Position numbers and translations under genes: made by a program. Below, piece after piece: positions 61,187 through 64,000 of a stretch of 64,000 bases of DNA. The notes under the pieces are model-generated. The model made no database searches, was not told the DNA's origin, and saw nothing but the letters and a program-made list of their open reading frames with translations. This stretch comes from Octopus bimaculoides (Eukaryota). The stretch's first letter is position 1; each line of letters starts with the position of its first letter. The stretch lies in assembly GCF_001194135.2 (NCBI RefSeq), contig NC_068991.1, positions 52,886,718-52,950,717 of the forward strand, given 5' to 3'.

Positions 61187-62150
61187 AAAGGTAATTAAAA
61201 TTCATTAAAATGACAGATCTATTGGACTTTCAAAGAGGTCAAATTGTTGGTGCTTGTATGACAGGCACTAGCGTAACAAAAACACCCGAAATGTTTGGTG
61301 TATCAAGAACTACTGTCTCGAAAGTAATGACAGCCTTTGAGAAAGAAGGGGAAAAAACCTCCTCGAAACAAAACTCCGGAAGAAAACCAAAACTTTCAGA
61401 CAGGGACTGTCGGACTCTTACGAGAATTGTTAGAAAGAATCACAAAATTACTGCAGAGCTTAATAATCACCTTGAGAACCCAATTTCNNNNNNNNNNNNN
61501 NNNNNNNNNNNNNNNNNNNNNNNNNNNNNNNNNNNNNNNNNNNNNNNNNNNNNNNNNNNNNNNNNNNNNNNNNNNNNNNNNNNNNNNNNNNNNNNNNNNN
61601 NNNNNNNNNNNNNNNNNNNNNNNNNNNNNNNNNNNNNNNNNNNNNNNNNNNNNNNNNNNNNNNNNNNNNNNNNNNNNNNNNNNNNNNNNNNNNNNNNNNN
61701 NNNNNNNNNNNNNNNNNNNNNNNNNNNNNNNNNNNNNNNNNNNNNNNNNNNNNNNNNNNNNNNNNNNNNNNNNNNNNNNNNNNNNNNNNNNNNNNNNNNT
61801 GTATCTTGGAAATCCGCCGGCCCAATGGTTTCCCTTCATGGCAGAATTAATAGTCAGGACTATTTAAGCATTTTATCTGATCAAATTCATCCTATGGTGC
61901 GGAAACGCAGTCTTTCAGTATGATAATGCACTAACTCCCACAGCTAAAATTGTTACTGAATGGCATGAGGAACAGTCTAGTGAAGTTGAACATCTTATCT
62001 GGCCACCACAGTCCCCAGATCTTGGTGCATTTTAGAAAAACAAGTAAGGAGTCGATATCATCCACCATCATCACTACAAGAACTGGACACTGTTTTAGCT
62101 GAAGAATGGACAAAAATTCCTTTGGAAACAATTCAAACTTTGTACGAATC
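61187..62150 (+). mobile_element. Tc1-family transposon fragment, same family as 384-1311, interrupted by a gap
   Basis: MTDLLDFQRGQIVG...SSKQNSGRKPKLSDRD; after the gap VSWKSAGPMVSLHGRINSQDYLSILSDQIHPM, DNA (second D) and WPPQSPDL. No TIRs are seen. Confidence 0.9.
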
Positions 62151-62489
62151 TTGAACTCAGAATGCAAGGGACTGGAGCAAATATCACAAGACATCCAGTC
62201 CAATAATCTGAAAGTTCCATCATTCCCCTGCCTTTGTTTTTTTATTGACCCTGAAAAGGATGTAAAGCAAAATTGACCTTGGCAGAATTTGAACTCAGAA
62301 TGCAAAAGTTTGAAACGATGACTGGAGAATAATTTATCCAACATGTTAATGATTCTGCTAAATCATCACTGGCTTCAAATGGATACTGTTTTTATGAGAG
62401 ATGCGACTGACTCAGATGTGGGGTATATGTTTGTTTGGACAGAAGATTCTTTTTTTTTTTTATATTTTACATGAAAGGAGATACATCAT

Positions 62490-62890
62490 GATGATGATCA
62501 TCATCATTTAGCATCTGTTTTCTATGCTGGCATGGGTTAGACAATTTGACTTGAACTGGTAAGCTGGAGAGCTGCACCAGGCTCCAGTCTGTTACGGCTT
62601 GGTTTCTATGGCTGGACGCTCTTCCTAATATCAACCGCTCCACAGAGTGTACAAAGTGCCTTTTATGCTTCCCCGGCACTTGTGCCTTTAATGTGTCACT
62701 GGCATAGGTGCCTTTTACATGTCACTGGCACAGGTGCCTTCTATATATCACCAGCACGGGTGCCTTTTATGTGTAACCAGCACTGGCCACGACTACAATT
62801 TCAACTCAAAATGTCTTCTCAAGCACAACAAATTGCCATCAGTCTTGGCCACTTGTCATTGCCTCTGTAAGACACAACATCTGAAGATCA
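62490..62890 (-). mobile_element. Family C repeat with an internal ~24-bp tandem array (62680-62790)
   Basis: About five CACTGGCACAGGTGCCTTTTA-like units. Confidence 0.7.
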
Positions 62891-63389
62891 TATTTCACCA
62901 CCTTACTCCTAGTCTTCCTTCCAGATAAATTTGGTTTGTTGACTTTTTTTGTGGTAAATAACAAACTAGAGTAATTTGATGATTAACAGGAGCGAAAGAA
63001 AAATTCTGTTTTATGAGCTAAAAATATGGCAGAATTGAATTTTTGGCATCAGTATTTTTATTTTTAAGATCCTAAGGGTCCTCATACGATATTGATAAAA
63101 CATTGAAGTAATATTAGTTGGTACTATATCACCACCATCTTTATCTCTTTTCCAGCTACTCTCAACCACCCTCACATAATGCTGGGTAGCCATATATCTT
63201 ATTTATAGATACAAGAAATCCACGCTTGTCCCTCTTTCATATTTTAGCCTTTCTATTCTTGACATAAATCACCTCCCCCTCTCTCAAATACACCCACTCA
63301 TTTGAGGGGGATTTTACTTTTCCTTTTTTTTCTTTGTCTTGCAAGTTATTTGGTAACCTCACTACTACTCAATAAACAATGTAAAATAG

Positions 63390-63790
63390 TTGGCAGTAGG
63401 AAGGCGGTGAGCTGACAGAATCATTAGCAAGCTGGACAAAATGCTGCAAAGCATTTCTTCCAGTTTTACATTCTGAGTTGAAATTCCATTCCATTTTCTA
63501 CTGAGGTTGACTTTGCTTTTCATCCTGTTGGAGTCAATAAAATAAGTACCAGTTGAGTACTGGGGTTGGTGTAATCGACTAGCCCTTCCTCCAAATTTCA
63601 GGCCCATGCATCTATACTAGAAAGGATTAGGAAGAGTATTCAGCCATAGAAACCATGGCAAAACAAACAGTGGAGCTCAACACAGCCCTCCATTTAGTTG
63701 GGTCCTCTTAAACCCATACCAACATGAAAAATGGATGATAAATGATAATGATGACGATGATGACAACAATGATGATGATGAACATAATAG
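63390..63790 (+). mobile_element. SINE family A followed by a family C tail with (GAT)n
   Basis: Motifs as in the other copies. Confidence 0.75.
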
Positions 63791-64000
63791 GCTGAAAGAT
63801 AGATGCTTGTGTAGTGATGTATGTGTAAGTGGAGAAATAGGTTACATGGTAGTGTCTGTCCATAGTTGGATTTCATTAAAACTAAAAATACAGGCAGGCA
63901 AAAAGTCATGCACATATATACACGGATTAGATGTGTGTATATACACAGTATATAGGCATGCATATTTTTAGTACTAACAATGTCCATCTGTATGAAGTTA

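Overview
Eukaryotic, AT-rich, repeat-dense genomic DNA with eight N-gaps. The SINE, RTE and Penelope repeat types and the microsatellite load point to an octopus (coleoid cephalopod) short-read assembly; this is an inference. Two host genes can be reconstructed by hand from splice sites. (1) A six-exon CCDC134 orthologue on the minus strand (CDS exons 34421-34292, 28042-27924, 19870-19786, 6493-6315, 5003-4935, 2491-2417; 218 aa; every phase is compatible). It ends in SQNV rather than a KDEL-like motif. (2) A divergently transcribed plus-strand multi-pass membrane protein gene (52015-52212 + 56638-57573; 377 aa) with remote SERINC/Ice2-like features. The rest is mostly decayed mobile DNA: Tc1, mariner, Helitron, Penelope-like elements, RTE, CR1-like and R4/Dong-like LINE fragments, several SINE families and MITEs. 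Notable observations: five hammerhead-ribozyme motifs from Penelope-type termini, two of them related by a compensatory base-pair change, and only the two lying sense inside the CCDC134 pre-mRNA have broken cleavage sites; a telomeric-repeat-carrying MITE with 8-bp TSD whose empty site is in the same window; a head-to-head mariner; long foldbacks, one about 60 nt from a splice donor; and a CpG-retaining intergenic domain (about 33-54 kb) between two CpG-depleted gene bodies. No rRNA, tRNA gene or CRISPR array is supported. All family assignments are by visual motif recognition, with no database search.
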